A DNA stretch of 64,000 nucleotides, from assembly GCF_000315625.1 (NCBI RefSeq), contig NW_005434673.1:272270-336269 (forward strand), written 5' to 3'. Below the pieces are notes generated by a model. That model ran no database searches. It saw only the letters and a program-made list of their open reading frames with translations, and was not told where the DNA came from. The DNA comes from Guillardia theta CCMP2712. Its lineage: Eukaryota > Protista > Cryptophyta. The position numbers were made by a program, and so were the translations under genes. Shown piece after piece: positions 12,468 to 25,499 of this stretch. Position 1 is the stretch's first letter. Every line of letters begins with the position of its first letter.

Positions 12468-14737
12468 TTAATCAAAATCTAAGATTCTGATCAATATCCA
12501 AGACTACGAAGAAACAAGAAATCAGCAGCTTCCAGATTGACTTCACTCTCAAATATCCATAAAAGAAAACATCTTGCAGGAACAGAACTTCCAACAAATA
12601 ACGATGGGTCTCTTCTTAAAGTATATTCTTGTGCAGACGAACCGAATACAAAATGCAATTTACACTATCAATAAGAACCATAAACAACCATATTGCTAAC
12701 AACTTGAACTGTGGATTCAAGCAATGCTCACACGTGATTTGTAATATTTCAACAATCACAAACATATACAACAATCGCCATAATCTTTCACTTATCCCAT
12801 GTTTTGAGGACGAGAAAACCCTTAAAAAGACTCATGATTCGGGACTTGCGGCCCACTCTACACAGCATGCTCTCAGGCTACAAATCCATTCAGCCTCTCG
12901 TTCTAAATAACGTAGTGCTCCTGATTCTATCGCTCAGCATTGAGAATTCTCATACTTCAACATGCATTGCATCTCTTCGCAGCAGCAGTCATGATGTCGC
13001 CGCGCACGTTCGCTACCTGCGCATGGCCGCGGCTCCCCTGAATCCTTTGAGTTGGCGTGAGGCTACAAATAGAGGTTTGTGTGGTACTGTCATTTTAAAA
13101 ATGAGAGGTACAAATATAGAAAAAACATTGTTAAGACATTTTATTCTGTTGCATATGGTTGAAAATATTTTCAATATTGGAGGTCAATTTTGAAAATATT
13201 TCGTGTCATGTATTAGGTTTCATGAAACTTAGAACTTCATCGATTGTTCTATCAGTAGAAATTTTTATTAATATTATTCAGTTCCAATCTGTTTGGACAA
13301 GATTTAAATCTTCAAAAAGTAGAAAATATTTATATAAATAATATTTTTGTTTTAAATTTGTATACAATACGAAAGAATACCTAGTCTTCACACAGACTAT
13401 GTAAATAAGCTGGTACAACTTTAAAAAAATAGGGGCAGCACGTATGTGTGTGCTCACTTTCAAACTTGTCCACTAAAATACCCCATAATCCCATAGGCAC
13501 AAGGGTCATAATCGTAAAAACATATTTGAAAGCGCCGTGTTGCACAGCTAGGCAGTGTTCATTTAAAATCTTATAAGAACTCCGCCAACTTGCATTGGAA
13601 ACCTGCGAGACCCCGCCGACCTTTACACCGGGATCCTCCTTCATTTTTCTATATTAACGTTTAGTTACTAATTTATTGCATACTAAGTTTACTCATTATT
13701 TCCTCCATTCCTCACCGCCCCCCCTTCGCTTTGGGTGTCCTCGACCCTACCCTACCCCTTCGTAACCCACGTCGCACTCCTTTGTGCATCACCCCACCCT
13801 CACTTTGATACCTTTTCAGGAGGTACACTACCCCAAGAATTGAAATAAAGTCAATGGTGAGGTGGTGGATATGACCCTACCCTGCCTAGTTTTACACACT
13901 TGTGAAAGGTACCCACCAGGGCCCTAATTTCCTAGACCCCACAAACTGATGTCTACCCCTACTTTACATATCCTCATCGGGGGTACTGTTTATGAAGGAC
14001 CGGAGTACCCTGTAATTAGTAACATTCACAGAGAGTACCCCAACAATTTCTCACCCTACCCCCCAAGAACTCCCAACTCCCCTACCAGTACCCCCGCATT
14101 TTCCTATCGAACTACCCAACCCCCTGGTGAGTTAGAACCCTGCCAATATGGGAAGGCTGAGCCGACAAAGATGTTGGGAGGCATGATACGGCGGCGGCGG
14201 CGGCGGCAGCGGCGGCGGCAGGAACAGGGTACGGATTTAAGAGGGTGTTAAAGCAGGATACTTGCACCTTTGATTACACTTAGCGTCTGACTGCAAAATG
14301 TTTCTTTCCCACGATAGTCAAGGTTTCAAGGATCTAGTTGCCATTGTTACCTAAGACGAAACTCTAGGTCGTGGGGCACACAACAAGATTTGTGTTGATG
14401 GCAAAAACTTGTTTTCAAAGACACTGAGATTCATTTCTGCTCTGCTATCAATCCTCATTGTTTGTCTTCAACCATCCTACCTTGATCCTGGTAATTTCTC
14501 GTCTTGACTTTCCCGTCCGTTCCTGTGAGGATTGGCACTTTACACTGCTTTTGATAGAGGAAGGGATGAGCAAACCGCATCCTTGCAAATCATTTGAATT
14601 CTTTTCTTGGTTGGACAATGGTTTTTTCTAACGGGCAGCAATGAGAATCTCCGTGACAGTTGGCAAGCGTCAGTGTGCGGCGGCCCGGCCACATGTCGCC
14701 GGGTAGCAGCGGCCGAGGCTATCACTGATACGAATAC

Positions 14738-14778
14738 CTGATACGAATACGATCGTATTACGATCGTATTCGTATCAG
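14738..14778. repeat. Perfect palindrome: 20-bp arms with a 1-nt spacer
   Basis: CTGATACGAATACGATCGTA-T-TACGATCGTATTCGTATCAG, preceded by a direct duplicate of its first 13 nt (14725-14737). Confidence 0.9.
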
Positions 14779-14841
14779 CGATTGTGAACGAATCTGATGC
14801 TGCCCGGCACGGCGGTGAAGCTGCTGGATGGTCGACTCGAT

Positions 14842-16139
14842 CTAGAGCGCCGACACTTCGAAAGACTCAGCCCCTGCACGTAGCGCAGCTTCGTCCTCCA
14901 AGAACTTGGAAGTCTTGGCCTGGAAGAGGGGTTTTCAGTTTGTGATGGGGGAAGAATGGGAGAGTTTAGGAAAGAGCGCAGCGCAATCATCGAATCATCT
15001 CCTTCACCTGTGCTGTGAGAACGTAGAGCTTCTTAGAGACGATCGTGACCTGTTGACGACCGTAAGGTATAGGAGAACATTGAGGGTACCGGCCTTGGAG
15101 ATGAAATGTTTGTCTCCACGTGAACTGCTGGATTCGTACTCTATCATGTAGTAGGGAATGCCTGCCCATAGTGATCAGTACGACAAGAGGAATTCGGGCA
15201 AAACAAACATATCAAACCAGATTTTTCCGTCTGAGACGCTGCGATGAGTTTGGCAGAAGTCACCCCGTCCTTGGCTCTCTGGCAGTGATATCAGATAGTG
15301 GAATAACACAAAGAGGCTTGAGAATGAGACGCGAAAGAAATCAAAAACACGCTTCCCTCTCACCCTCCCGCTTCCTTCCTATTCTGGTCCCAATTGCTTC
15401 TCCCCCTCCCCCTTCCCTTGCCTTCGCCCTGCCTCCCTGTTTCGTGTTTGCAGAAACTGCTGGGAACTAAATCCCACCTCAACGCCGACGACTCGTTTTG
15501 CGACTTCCTTGGCAGTACCGAACTCAGTGATGGATTCTATCTTGACAGGGTCGACAACGATCCCAATCTCCGTTCCTCTGGGCTTCAAATCAACATGTAC
15601 TTCCAAATCATCAGACCTCACCCGCCCTTCTTGAACTGAACTTCTTCAAGGTGGGTTCTCACCTGACCAAACACCACACTTACCATCGCCGTCTGCAGAG
15701 GAATCGGCAGATAGTACCGGCTTCGTTGACTTCTTCCATGTGCTCGGGTATGAAAGTCCGAAAGAGAATTTCTCATTTTCATATCTGGTTTCTGAAACAC
15801 CCAGTCCATTATTGAAATTACCAGACCTTATCATTACCTTGCTCAGTCTCCGCGATTCCCAATTGAGGAAAGCCTCCAGCGAAAAGAACCCCCGTGCAAA
15901 TAGTCCCTAACAAGCGAATCAGGCACGTTTAGGAAATTTTCATCTACCTAAGGCAGCTCGTCTGTCTATCATGCATATCGGAGAAGTTGTCCTCTGATAA
16001 GACAAAGTAAGTGGAGATTGATTCAAAATGCATTTCATTTCACCCGTACTCGAGACGGCAGAATGCTTTGAAGGTTGAATCCGTCCACCCAACATATCGA
16101 AGCGAGAAAAAAAAAGACGGGAGTAAATGCTGGAAACAT
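14842..16139 (-). CDS. PsbP-domain thylakoid lumen protein (multi-exon)
   Basis: Exons read MFPAFTPVFFFLASICWVDG-FNLQ (signal peptide then F), MIDRRAAL...GVLFAGGFPQLGIA (twin-Arg lumen signal), YENEKFSFGLSYPSTWKK, IGIVVDPVKIESITEFGTAKEVA, YYMIEYESSSSRGDKHF, VTIVSKKLYVLTAQ and RAGAESFEV. These match PsbP-fold motifs. Confidence 0.85.
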
Positions 16140-16571
16140 CAATCGTAAAGTGATTTCATTACGAAGAAAACAAAAGTAAAAATCCCGTTTGCTATCTTAT
16201 GCGAGCTTTCGCAACTCATCTTTGCAACTCACCTATTCATTTCTGTATTTTCTTAGTTCCTCGACTTGCCTTTACCCCACTGTACTTCCATCATACCGCC
16301 TCCACCTGTATCTATCCATTCTCTCCATTCTTGTGTACGCTCTATTCATCTCCCCTCCTCTCTCTCCTTCTTCTCTCCCCCCTCCCCCCCTCCCCCCCTT
16401 CCCTTTCCACTCCTGCTTACCGGCCGCTCGGATCGCCATGTCCAACCTCCTTGTATGTAAATGTTTGACTAAACTATATTAGTCAAATAGTTAAGTAATC
16501 AATTTCTGGTTCAGTGATGTCTCATCGCCCCCTTGCCCCAACAACCTAAACGACCGTTGATCCCCGACAGC

Positions 16572-16857
16572 ATGCCAGCTCCTGCTCCTGCTCCTGCTGC
16601 TGCTCCTGCTGCTGCTCCTGCTGCTGCTCCTGCTGCTGCTGCTGCTGCTCCTGCTCCTGCTCCTACTCCAGCTCCTGCTGCTCCTCCTGCTCCTGCTCCA
16701 GCTCCTGCTCCAGCTCCTGCTCCTGCTCCTGCTGCTCCTGCTCCTGCTCCTGCTGCTCCTCCTGCTCCTGCTCCTGCTTCTGCTCCTGCTCTTCCTTCTG
16801 CTCCTGCTGCTGCTCCTGCTGCTGCTCCTGCTGCTACTCCAGCTCCTGCTGCTCCTC

Positions 16858-16894
<37 letters not shown>

Positions 16895-16947
16895 TGCTTC
16901 TCCTGCTGCTCCTGCTGCTCCTGCTGCTGCTCCTGCTGCTCCTGCTG

Positions 16948-16990
<43 letters not shown>

Positions 16991-17080
16991 TGTTCCTTCC
17001 CCCTGCTCCTGCTGCTCCTGCTCCTGCTCCTGCTCCTGCTGCTGCTCTTGCTGCTGCTCCTGCTGCTGCTGCCGCTGCTC
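16572..17080. repeat. Imperfect (GCT/CCT)n trinucleotide array of about 500 bp
   Basis: Visible directly. Open in several frames: poly-PA on the plus strand; Gly/Ala-, Ser/Arg- and Gln/Glu-rich on the minus strand. Confidence 0.9.
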
Positions 17081-18322
17081 CCATCCACGAGCAGTATTTC
17101 CCTCTTCTTGCACTTCTGATCTTTTTAGCGCAGCAAGTATCTTGAAAGCATGATAGCAATCAAGAAGGGGCCCACCCCAGCTGTTGGATACACGGGACAC
17201 ATCCCTTCTCTGCGGTGAGTAAGGCAATGTTGGGCTTGAAGTAGGCTGATGCAGCAGCCATGCAGGAACGCAGATGTTCCTCCCGGCAAGTCCTTCTCCT
17301 GGCTAGCAGATCAGCGAGACCGTCTGGTATTCATCGATGTCTGTCCTGCACGCTCTGAAGAGACTGCTGCAGGTGAAGGAGGGCACGGGCACATGGTCAG
17401 GAGCACCTTCGAAGTGAGTGCAAGATTTGTTCAATATGGAAGACCCTCAGTGGTACCACAGGAATCAGAGCAGCTGGATGACAAACTATAGCGCCTTCCA
17501 CAATGTCTACACTTATCCGGATTCACACTTCAAAAGCAACGGCATGCAGCGGTGACTGGTACTCTACAGGAGAATGTCTCCTGACTATTCGTTTACAAGA
17601 TCTCCTTCTTTCAAGTACTTTGTCGGAGCGAACACAAAGTTGACCGACGAAATGAAGGCGATAGGAGGTGATTTGTCCCAGCAGCTTGTTTTTCCATCAT
17701 CATGCTTCCTCAGTCGTTTCAGAACCGACTCCCCCGCCGGTTTTGAGCTCAGCTGTCCAGCCGGATGTCAAGAAGCTCGACCTTTCGCGCGTTACACGAG
17801 GAGAGAACTTGAGCGGCTCCTCTCGCCCAGGAACTAGTCCAGCTCGCTCTGGTGCTGTCATCTCCGCTATACCAGGACGATAACGGCTGCTTCAGGGAAA
17901 CAGCTCTTTATGGGCTGGACGGGGCGAGCCGGGGCCATGGCGGGCTGGACGGGACATTTGCCGCAGGTCAGTGAGAGAGAGGTTCTGCGGCATCCTCTCA
18001 CCTTATAGGGTCTACAGAAGCAGAGCAACACGTACAACGTCGGGCTCACTCACGCTGCTGCATATGAGAACGTGCAAGCCCGCAAAGATCCTCAAGACTT
18101 TCATGTTCGCTCGGGAACGCCCATCGCAGGCCTCTCGGTGAGATTCACATGCCCCACTCTGTTTCCAGTTGAGTTTGATTGTACTGCAGGCGTTTGTCCC
18201 TCGAGCGAAAGACTTGTCCCCTGGTCAACCACCGCAGGGGTAGTGAACATCTGACGCGTGTTGCCAGGCTTGTCGCACCGTCAGGTCTGCAGGAGCGCCA
18301 GGAGTTATCAGGTAGCTCTGAC

Positions 18323-19269
18323 ATGGCAGACTTGGTCGTCATGCGATATGGTGAACAGGGAGAAGACCCGAGATATGCACCCGAGAAAAGTTTCACCGCA
18401 AGATTCGGCCAGAGTGACCGAGTTCGTCCTGAGACGGCGAGGACTGCGAGGCCGTCTGATAGCGATTTCAACGTGAGCTCATCTGTGCTGTTGCCTGCTC
18501 GCTGACCTGCCCCAAACCACAGGCGCGCAAGGTGATCGTAGGGTCTAAGGTCTGGAGAAAATGTGGCTACAGCTCGTGATCGCATCCACAGGTCGTCACA
18601 GTCAACGCGAAGACAGGGGAGGCGAAGACGGGCGGCTTCAACATCAACTCGTTCGCCAACGAGTCGGCGGGAGGGGTAGGAGAGCTGCGCGCGTTTGCTA
18701 TGCTGAGATGTCTGAAAGAGGAGCAAGAACCCGATACCGAAGATGAAGATCAACTCAGACGGACTCGTCCAGCTGGTCAGCCACTTGCTCTCCTCGTCCA
18801 CCTCCTTCCCCTCTCCTCCCCCTCTCCTTCCCCTCTCCTTGCTCAAGGTAGTAACGCACGAACCTCTTGCTTCAGAATCCCAACGCCAAGGCCAACCTCT
18901 ACATCGGTGACCTGACACAATTCTGGACCCTCGAGAATCCCTACCAGGTGTGCTTGTCCTCCCCATCCCCCTTCCCCTCCTCCTCTCTCGTTTCTTCACT
19001 TGCAACACGTTGCTACCTTCCACACTGCTTCTTTATCTTGCCTGTCCCCGTCGGGTTCCCTTTTCCCTCCTCTTGTCAACCTCTCATGGGCACGACAGAC
19101 TACTTCGCGATCCTCCGGGCAGCCTCAGACGGCTCGATCGGCCACATCAGGAGTCCATCATGTAGCAGGTCCCTGTGCTGACTCCTCCTCCTCTCCTCCT
19201 CATTCCAACACAGGTTACTGTGGACACGTTCCCCTCCACCCCGGCAATCCGGTCCCCATCATCGGATGA
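18323..19269 (+). CDS. Multi-exon hypothetical protein
   Basis: Short coding-like segments separated by pyrimidine-rich GT-AG introns (MADLVVMRYGEQ..., NPNAKANLYIGDLTQFWTLENPYQ, YFAILRAASDGSIGHIRS, GYCGHVPLHPGNPVPIIG*). Confidence 0.45.
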
Positions 19270-19363
19270 GGCGTGTTGGGTCTGAGCACCGGGCTGTTCT
19301 TTTGACTTCTTCTCTATTCTTGTCGAGCCCTTGCATCGCTGATTCCTGCCACACCCTCTGCCA

Positions 19364-20901
19364 TCAACACGTGCGCCACAGTCGCAAATCCTTCAGATTC
19401 ACACGAACAGGACAATCATTGAACTTGGTCAAACGATGAAGGATTGTATTCTGCTCCTCGTTGATTATCAATATACAGAAAGCAAAGATTGGAGATTTCC
19501 TGATCCTAAAACAACAGAACAGGTCTTGAGGAGCAAGGAGGAAAAACAGCAGCAAGAGGAGCAGCTGTTCCATAGTGCGTCAAAGCCAGATCTTACGGAA
19601 GCATTGGAGTGCGAGGAGGAGAGAAGTCGTGCCCGTGTCCGTACGAGTGTCCAACGTTTGCATGTCCTCCTTGAACTGCTCCCTGACCCACTGACCCTGA
19701 TGCTGCCCCTCCCACAACTTGTCCTCCTTGTACTTGCAGCTGTAGCTGCTGGGAGGACACTCCGAGCATGGACGAGGGCAGGGAACCGGGCACGTCTACC
19801 ACACCACCCTGCGAGACTGAGGCCATAGCGCTTCCATTCACCTGCTCCTACATATCAGAAGAACAAGCAACAGGTGTCTTTTCGACCTGCATCTTCTTCT
19901 TCATTCGATAGCGGCGCATGGCCTCCGCCATGTACGCCTTGTCTCTGATGCGCACTCTTGGCTTCCTCTTCTTCTCCTCCTCCCCTTCAGCGATCGGTTT
20001 CTTGCGCTGGAGAGCTCCATTGGGCAGGGCATAAGGAGTTCCTGAGAAAGGATGAAAACAAAGCGCAGGCTCGTGGCCACCGTCACTCACCCTGCTCAAC
20101 AATCCTATCCTTCCACTTCTTGACAGTCTTAGCTTGCAGTCCTTTTCACAGTCCAATCAAACCGACCCGAATTATATCAGGCACAGATGGAGTACCAGTT
20201 TGCAGCGCGATCTCCTTGGGATCCATCCCACTTGACAACTTCACCCATACCAGGTCGCGGATGGCCTATTTCAAACAAAATCTCAGACACGCTAGCACAC
20301 CTGAGCATCTCACTACCTTGGGATATCCCTTGCAGCCGGGAACGGTCTCTGTCATCTTCTGGACCCAAGGAGGAGCGGGAATAGACGAGGGTCCCGTGTT
20401 TGAAGCCGGCGCAACAGGAGCAGCAGGTTGGGGAGCAGCGGCAGCCACCGCAGCAACACTGTTCACTTGGTTGGCATTGCTCGCGGCCCCTGCGCTACTA
20501 CTGCGTCTTCGGATCCAGGAAGTGAGTTTCTCTAGGGAACGTAGCTGAGCAAAGAGTTCCTGCGGCGGTCGCTTCCACAGGGCTGTGATAAGCTGGGCGC
20601 TAGAGGAATTCTTGAGCGTGGACTGTCTATTCTTGAGGCCGGCTGTGAGCTCGTGATCAGCGTCAGGATGCAAGGCAAGCCAACGTACCTCCTCGTGAGT
20701 TACTGAGATCTTTGGCTGAACAAATAGAAAGTCATCTCCAACCTCAAGAAATGCTTGGGAAAACTCACTAGGATCGTGTCGTAGCCTCCTGCGTTTGCTC
20801 GGGCTCCCATCCTCTCGCTCGGAGTTGTCACCAGAGTTCCAGTCGTTCTGTTGAGAGCTGACAACTCTCAAGTCACTCTGCCAGGCACTCTCCTGCACCA
20901 C
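19364..20901 (-). CDS. Hypothetical protein, possibly nuclear (boundaries uncertain)
   Basis: Consecutive minus-strand ORFs with NLS-like PSKRRRLR and basic KKRKPRVRIRDKAYMAEAMRRYRMKKK segments. Confidence 0.4.
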
Positions 20902-22143
20902 AACTCAATGGCATGACGAGCCAACATGTCGAATCACCTGCAATGACCTCTTCTGATGCTGACTGTCCGAGACATCATTGTCGGCAAGGTTCTCCAGGTC
21001 ACTTGACACAAGTCAGGTTGTCAAACGCAGACAACATTAGCACCTTCGTTTACGCACTCTCGGCACCAGCTGCGCCATCGGACGAGCAACAACCTTGGCA
21101 CCTACTTAAGTTCAATCATTGCCAGTCCACCTTCCTTTCCTTCGTTGTCACGGGCAAATGGATCCATTGCTTGCCCTCCATTCTCCATAATTCCTCCGCG
21201 CAATTCTTACGCTTCTGATTCTCTTGTACAATCCAACAGTTTTTCCTGCTTTCGCTCTTTCTCTCTTTCTCTTTCTTTCTGTCTACTTGGATTCGACGTT
21301 TTCTCTGCATCAATTGATTTTCAACCTCTTAATTACGCCCCATTCCCTTGCAATATTCGTCCTTTTCCCTTTGTTTGCTTTCGTTTCCATTGTCTTATTC
21401 TCTTGCAATCTCAGCATCGTCGGGCATCTTTCCTCCGCCTCTTCTATCTCCTTTCCTCCTTTTCACTTGCTCCCTGTTTCTCTTGGCTTCTCCTCCTCCC
21501 TCTCCCCCTCCTCTCCCCCTCCCTCTCCTCCTCCCTCCCAGGAAGTTCGGCATGTTCTTTCCCTGCACCGGCAAGCTTGAAATTAGTTCAGAACCATATT
21601 TCAAATTCTTCATCTAATTTTGGAACTATACGGTGACACGTTCATATTGAGATTAGTTGTTCAATTGTGTTTAAGTAATAGATCAGCGAAGCCCCGGGCA
21701 GGGGCCCAGTGGCAGCAGCCGGGCCCGGGCCGGGCCGGGCCCCGGAGTCACCGTCAACCTTGAACACTGAGTCTATACTGAACAAACATCCGTGACAAAA
21801 GTTGAGTCATCAGCCTGAGTGAGATGCCTCTCACTGAGTAAATGAGCTCCTCACTCACAGCCTAGAGCCGGGCGCGACCGTCGCTGTCACCGGGCCGTGA
21901 GCGCCGCTGCCGGGGGGGCGTGTTTAAAACTTAGAGTAATGCCATCATGGCACGGTCACGAGTCAACTGTTTGAGGGCGGGCCTGACGGTACCGGGTACT
22001 ACCGTAGTAAATCATTATTCCTTTTATTGACTGAAAAAGAAGGGCAAACCATGATTACCGGCCACGATGTGTCAAACATCTCAAGTTTTTTAGCAACGGT
22101 GCGGTTGTTCATTCATTTCTTGTTCACGGCTGGGGCTAACGGT

Positions 22144-23029
22144 ATGCCGCTTCTGGTTCAGCTCGACCATGGTCATACGTGGGTTTCCCGGTCTGGTATG
22201 AGAAGCAGGTCGTCGGTGCTGAGAGCTAAGTTTAACGAGCTGAGCCAGTATCAGCTGACCCCCGAAGCCTATGAGAAACTCTTCAAAGAGGTCAGGGAGG
22301 CAGAACTTGAAGATTCTCAACAACGGACCGCAGCTGAAACACGCAGACCTACCAAACCGTCAAGCTATGTGAGCGCGCGAGGTTCTCGTTACATGTCAAC
22401 TGTGCCAGTAGGAGCTTGGTCCAATGCTCACCTTGAGCAGCAAGCACGCAGGCACGAAGTGAATGTCAGTCAAATTTGTGTAGGTGATACCTTGGCTTCA
22501 CAAGAAGTCGAAAGATTGAAAGCAACAAAGAAGCATCCAGGCCAGCTTGAAAGGAAGATTTTGAGCTCGAAAGGAATCCGGGACACAGTAAAAGCAACAG
22601 AACTAGCTATTCATGCGATAGAAACTCTTTCACTTCGAAACACTGATTTGTCTGATGAGGCTGACATTTTATTCGAACATATTGAAAAGTTAAAGAATGA
22701 AAGCAAGATCCAACAGGTTTGTTTCTTGTGTTTTGCGTGCTTGATTCTGATTTGATCATTTCAAGGAACTCATCAAGAAATTGAGGTCTGAAATTATGAA
22801 TCAAAAGTCTGAAAATCCCATATCAACCCCGCACGAAAACGACTCCCAGCCAGCAGGCAACAGCAAATTCATAGATTCATCACCGTCGACTCGTCCAATG
22901 TCAAGTCAAAAGGCTGAAAGGAGGGAAGAGGAAGTGATAAACCGACCCAAACAACAACCAAAGAGGGAAGGATTGCAGTCAAAGTGGAAGGGTGGAGTCT
23001 GGAGGATCCAGAAAGTAGGGTATTCTTAG
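22144..23029 (+). CDS. Hypothetical coiled-coil protein (2 exons)
   Basis: The long ORF 22027-22755 contains a GT donor near 22717 (QQ|GTTTGT) and appears to continue in ORF 22781-23029. Confidence 0.5.
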
Positions 23030-23299
23030 TTTACTCTAAGAAACGATCATACTGCCACTTGATACAAATGTGGATCTCTTGTGTCCTTCTTGCACAAACT
23101 AATGGTAGGTTTTGGTTCATCCGAATCACGTCCAAATCTCAGCTTCAAGTCTGGGATCGACAAACCTGCTCCCGCCTCCTACTTCCTCCTCGCTACAACC
23201 CTCCCCCCTGTCCTACAGTGACTTCCACTCGTTCTTTAGTATCATATGGATACCCGCAAATCATCCTATTCAATCTCATTCCAATGCATGAGGAATTCT

Positions 23300-24296
23300 T
23301 CAAGTGAAAACAGTGGAGAGTTTTCTCGAAACTCCTGAAAGTAAGCCACTCAAACCTCCGAAATTGGACTTTTTGGCGCTTCGCTTCCCAGGATCATTCG
23401 ATTGCTCTTGTGCATCTGCATGCTCTCGGTACTCAAACACGCAATCCACCTCTGCAACCACCAGGTCATTGGCACCACCAATCCGAGATCTCCTTGAAAG
23501 TAGTATCGTCTTCCGCTCTCCTTCTTGACTTGATTCTAACAATCGATAAACCTGAAACGATGTATCAGTACGAAATATTCATTTGCGATTCACAACTGAC
23601 ATGCTTCTTATCCAAACCAGACACTCGGATGGCATTGATAGATATGATTTCATCACCGGCCAAGACTTCTGGTTGTGACTGCGCTACCTTACTAATCAAA
23701 AGGTCATCATCCAGCTCTATTCCAGGACACCACAAAGCTCCGGAGGAAACTGCTTGAAGATTTTGCTCAGATGGCATCGAATCATCATTGACAATCCGCG
23801 GAGTTGCCTTGTTCCGTTCCAAATTCACAACGAGCTCGTGATTTCCCCGCAGGAAAGTCAGACAAATTGCGGTTTCCGGCTCGCCCTGCATCAATGCAGA
23901 GATGTTCTTGATTGGAAGTCTTTCTGGCAAGTCAAGGCCGTCGATCCTCAACAATTTGTCTCCAATCATCACATTCCCACTCCTTTCGGCATTGCTGCCC
24001 GGAAGAATTCCGACGACCTCTCGATTTTCTCGGATCTTGATGCCAACACCAGTGTACTGGTGAATGCGATTTGCTATCTCCATCGTCATGGAAGTGATGT
24101 CTTTTGTTTCCTTGTCTAGTCTTGCTGCAGCATCCATTGCTCTTTCTTGAAGTAAATTACAAAAATGCTCTTCATTCAAATATAACCGTTTCTCCCCCGC
24201 AGAAGAAGGGAATGAATTTTCAATCTGGAAAGACATCGTGATACTGTGGAAGTAGGCCATGAATATTACAAGAGATGAAGAAAAGTTTGATTTCAT
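23300..24296 (-). CDS. PDZ-domain protein (one clear PDZ domain plus a second, degenerate one)
   Basis: TGVGIKIRENREVVGILPGSNAERSGNVMIGDKLLRIDG...ISALMQGEPETAICLTFLRG, then PGIELDDDLLISKV...VLAGDEIISINAIRV. Confidence 0.78.
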
Positions 24297-24711
24297 GTTT
24301 GCAATGTGAGAGGAATGGAAGGATATAGGGGAAGGGGGGGGAGGAGAGGGAATGGAAGTATAGGGGAGGGGGGAGAAAGGGGGGAGGAGGGAGGAGAGGA
24401 GAGGAGAGGGAATAGAAGGATAGGTGAAAGGAGAGACAGGGGGATGGAGGTAGGGGAGAGGAGAGGGAATGGAAGGGGAGGGGAGGGGAGGAAGGGGAAG
24501 ACGAGTGGGGACGAAATACCCAACAAACCCGCCTCAGAGAGATCGAGTGAGGACCGACCCGGCTCAGTGCTGGCTCGGACCCGGTACCGTGGCCGGGCCG
24601 AGTCACTGCCAGCCCGGGCCAGTGCGCCGGAGTCCGAGTCGCAGCCTGGCAGTCACTGAGTCACAGCCCGGGCCGGGCCGGGCCGCTCCGCATCTTCTTT
24701 ACCATGCCGTG

Positions 24712-24743
24712 CTCAAAGTGAAATTAAAAATCAGTACGAGGAC
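24712..24743. promoter_or_regulatory. Dispersed intergenic motif, copy 2
   Basis: CTCAAAGTGAAATTAAAAATCAGTACGAGGAC, inside a CCGG-rich island between divergent genes. Confidence 0.55.
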
Positions 24744-25499
24744 AAGCAGGAGAGTCGCACGGTCGAGGGGCGCGGCCAATCAATGCCGTCCGTCCTCGAG
24801 CTTCGGGCCGCGGCGTCGGGGCCCATCGGATCGTTACCCGGCGGCCCGTCCCCGGCGGCTTACCGAGTCACGCGGCGGCCCCCGGCCCCGGCCCGCCGGG
24901 CGGGCCGAGCGATCCATCAGCGCCCGCCGCCGGGCCGCATCACCATTTTTCAAACTTGACTCGAGTGCGAAAATGCGGCGGGAGGCAATGAAAGGAGGCA
25001 GTCTGAACAGTAGAGATCGGGGGGAGGGGCAACGCAGGTAGCCTGGTAGATCATCATGAGCGGCGAGCATGGAGGGGCACAAGACCCCAGCGAGCTCGAT
25101 GGGAGGAGGATGGACATTGACATGGCCTACGACATCCTGGGGTTCGAGAAGTGAGTGAAGGATGTGGGCCGAGAACAGACCTGATGCGATTGACTTTGGG
25201 TGTCAGGTATGACGTACCAACGCGCAAAGATGTCACGACCCGGCGAGTAGACGAGAGCTCATGTTGGTTCGAGGTGGACGGCTGACGTCGGTTGTGCAGG
25301 TACAGGGAGAGGATGAAAATTCACCATCCCGACAAGAGTGGAGACGCCGGAAACAAAGTCGCAATGATGCTGAACCAGGCACGCGACTTCCTCTCGGCTG
25401 TCCTGTCGGTGCGGAAAAGGAGCAAATCGATTGACCCCACATGATCATCAGTTGACAGGATGAACCTTGTGATCAACTGAACGCCCCGAGGCTGCCGGA

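Noticed and set aside
16491-17227. Spidroin-like or SR-protein call
   Set aside because: The similarity comes only from the trinucleotide repeat; no RRM or terminal domains are present.
24469-25082. Arg/Pro/Gly-rich ORFs in GC islands (also at 8738-9082 and 32806-33268)
   Set aside because: GC-rich non-coding DNA has few stop codons, and there are no protein features.
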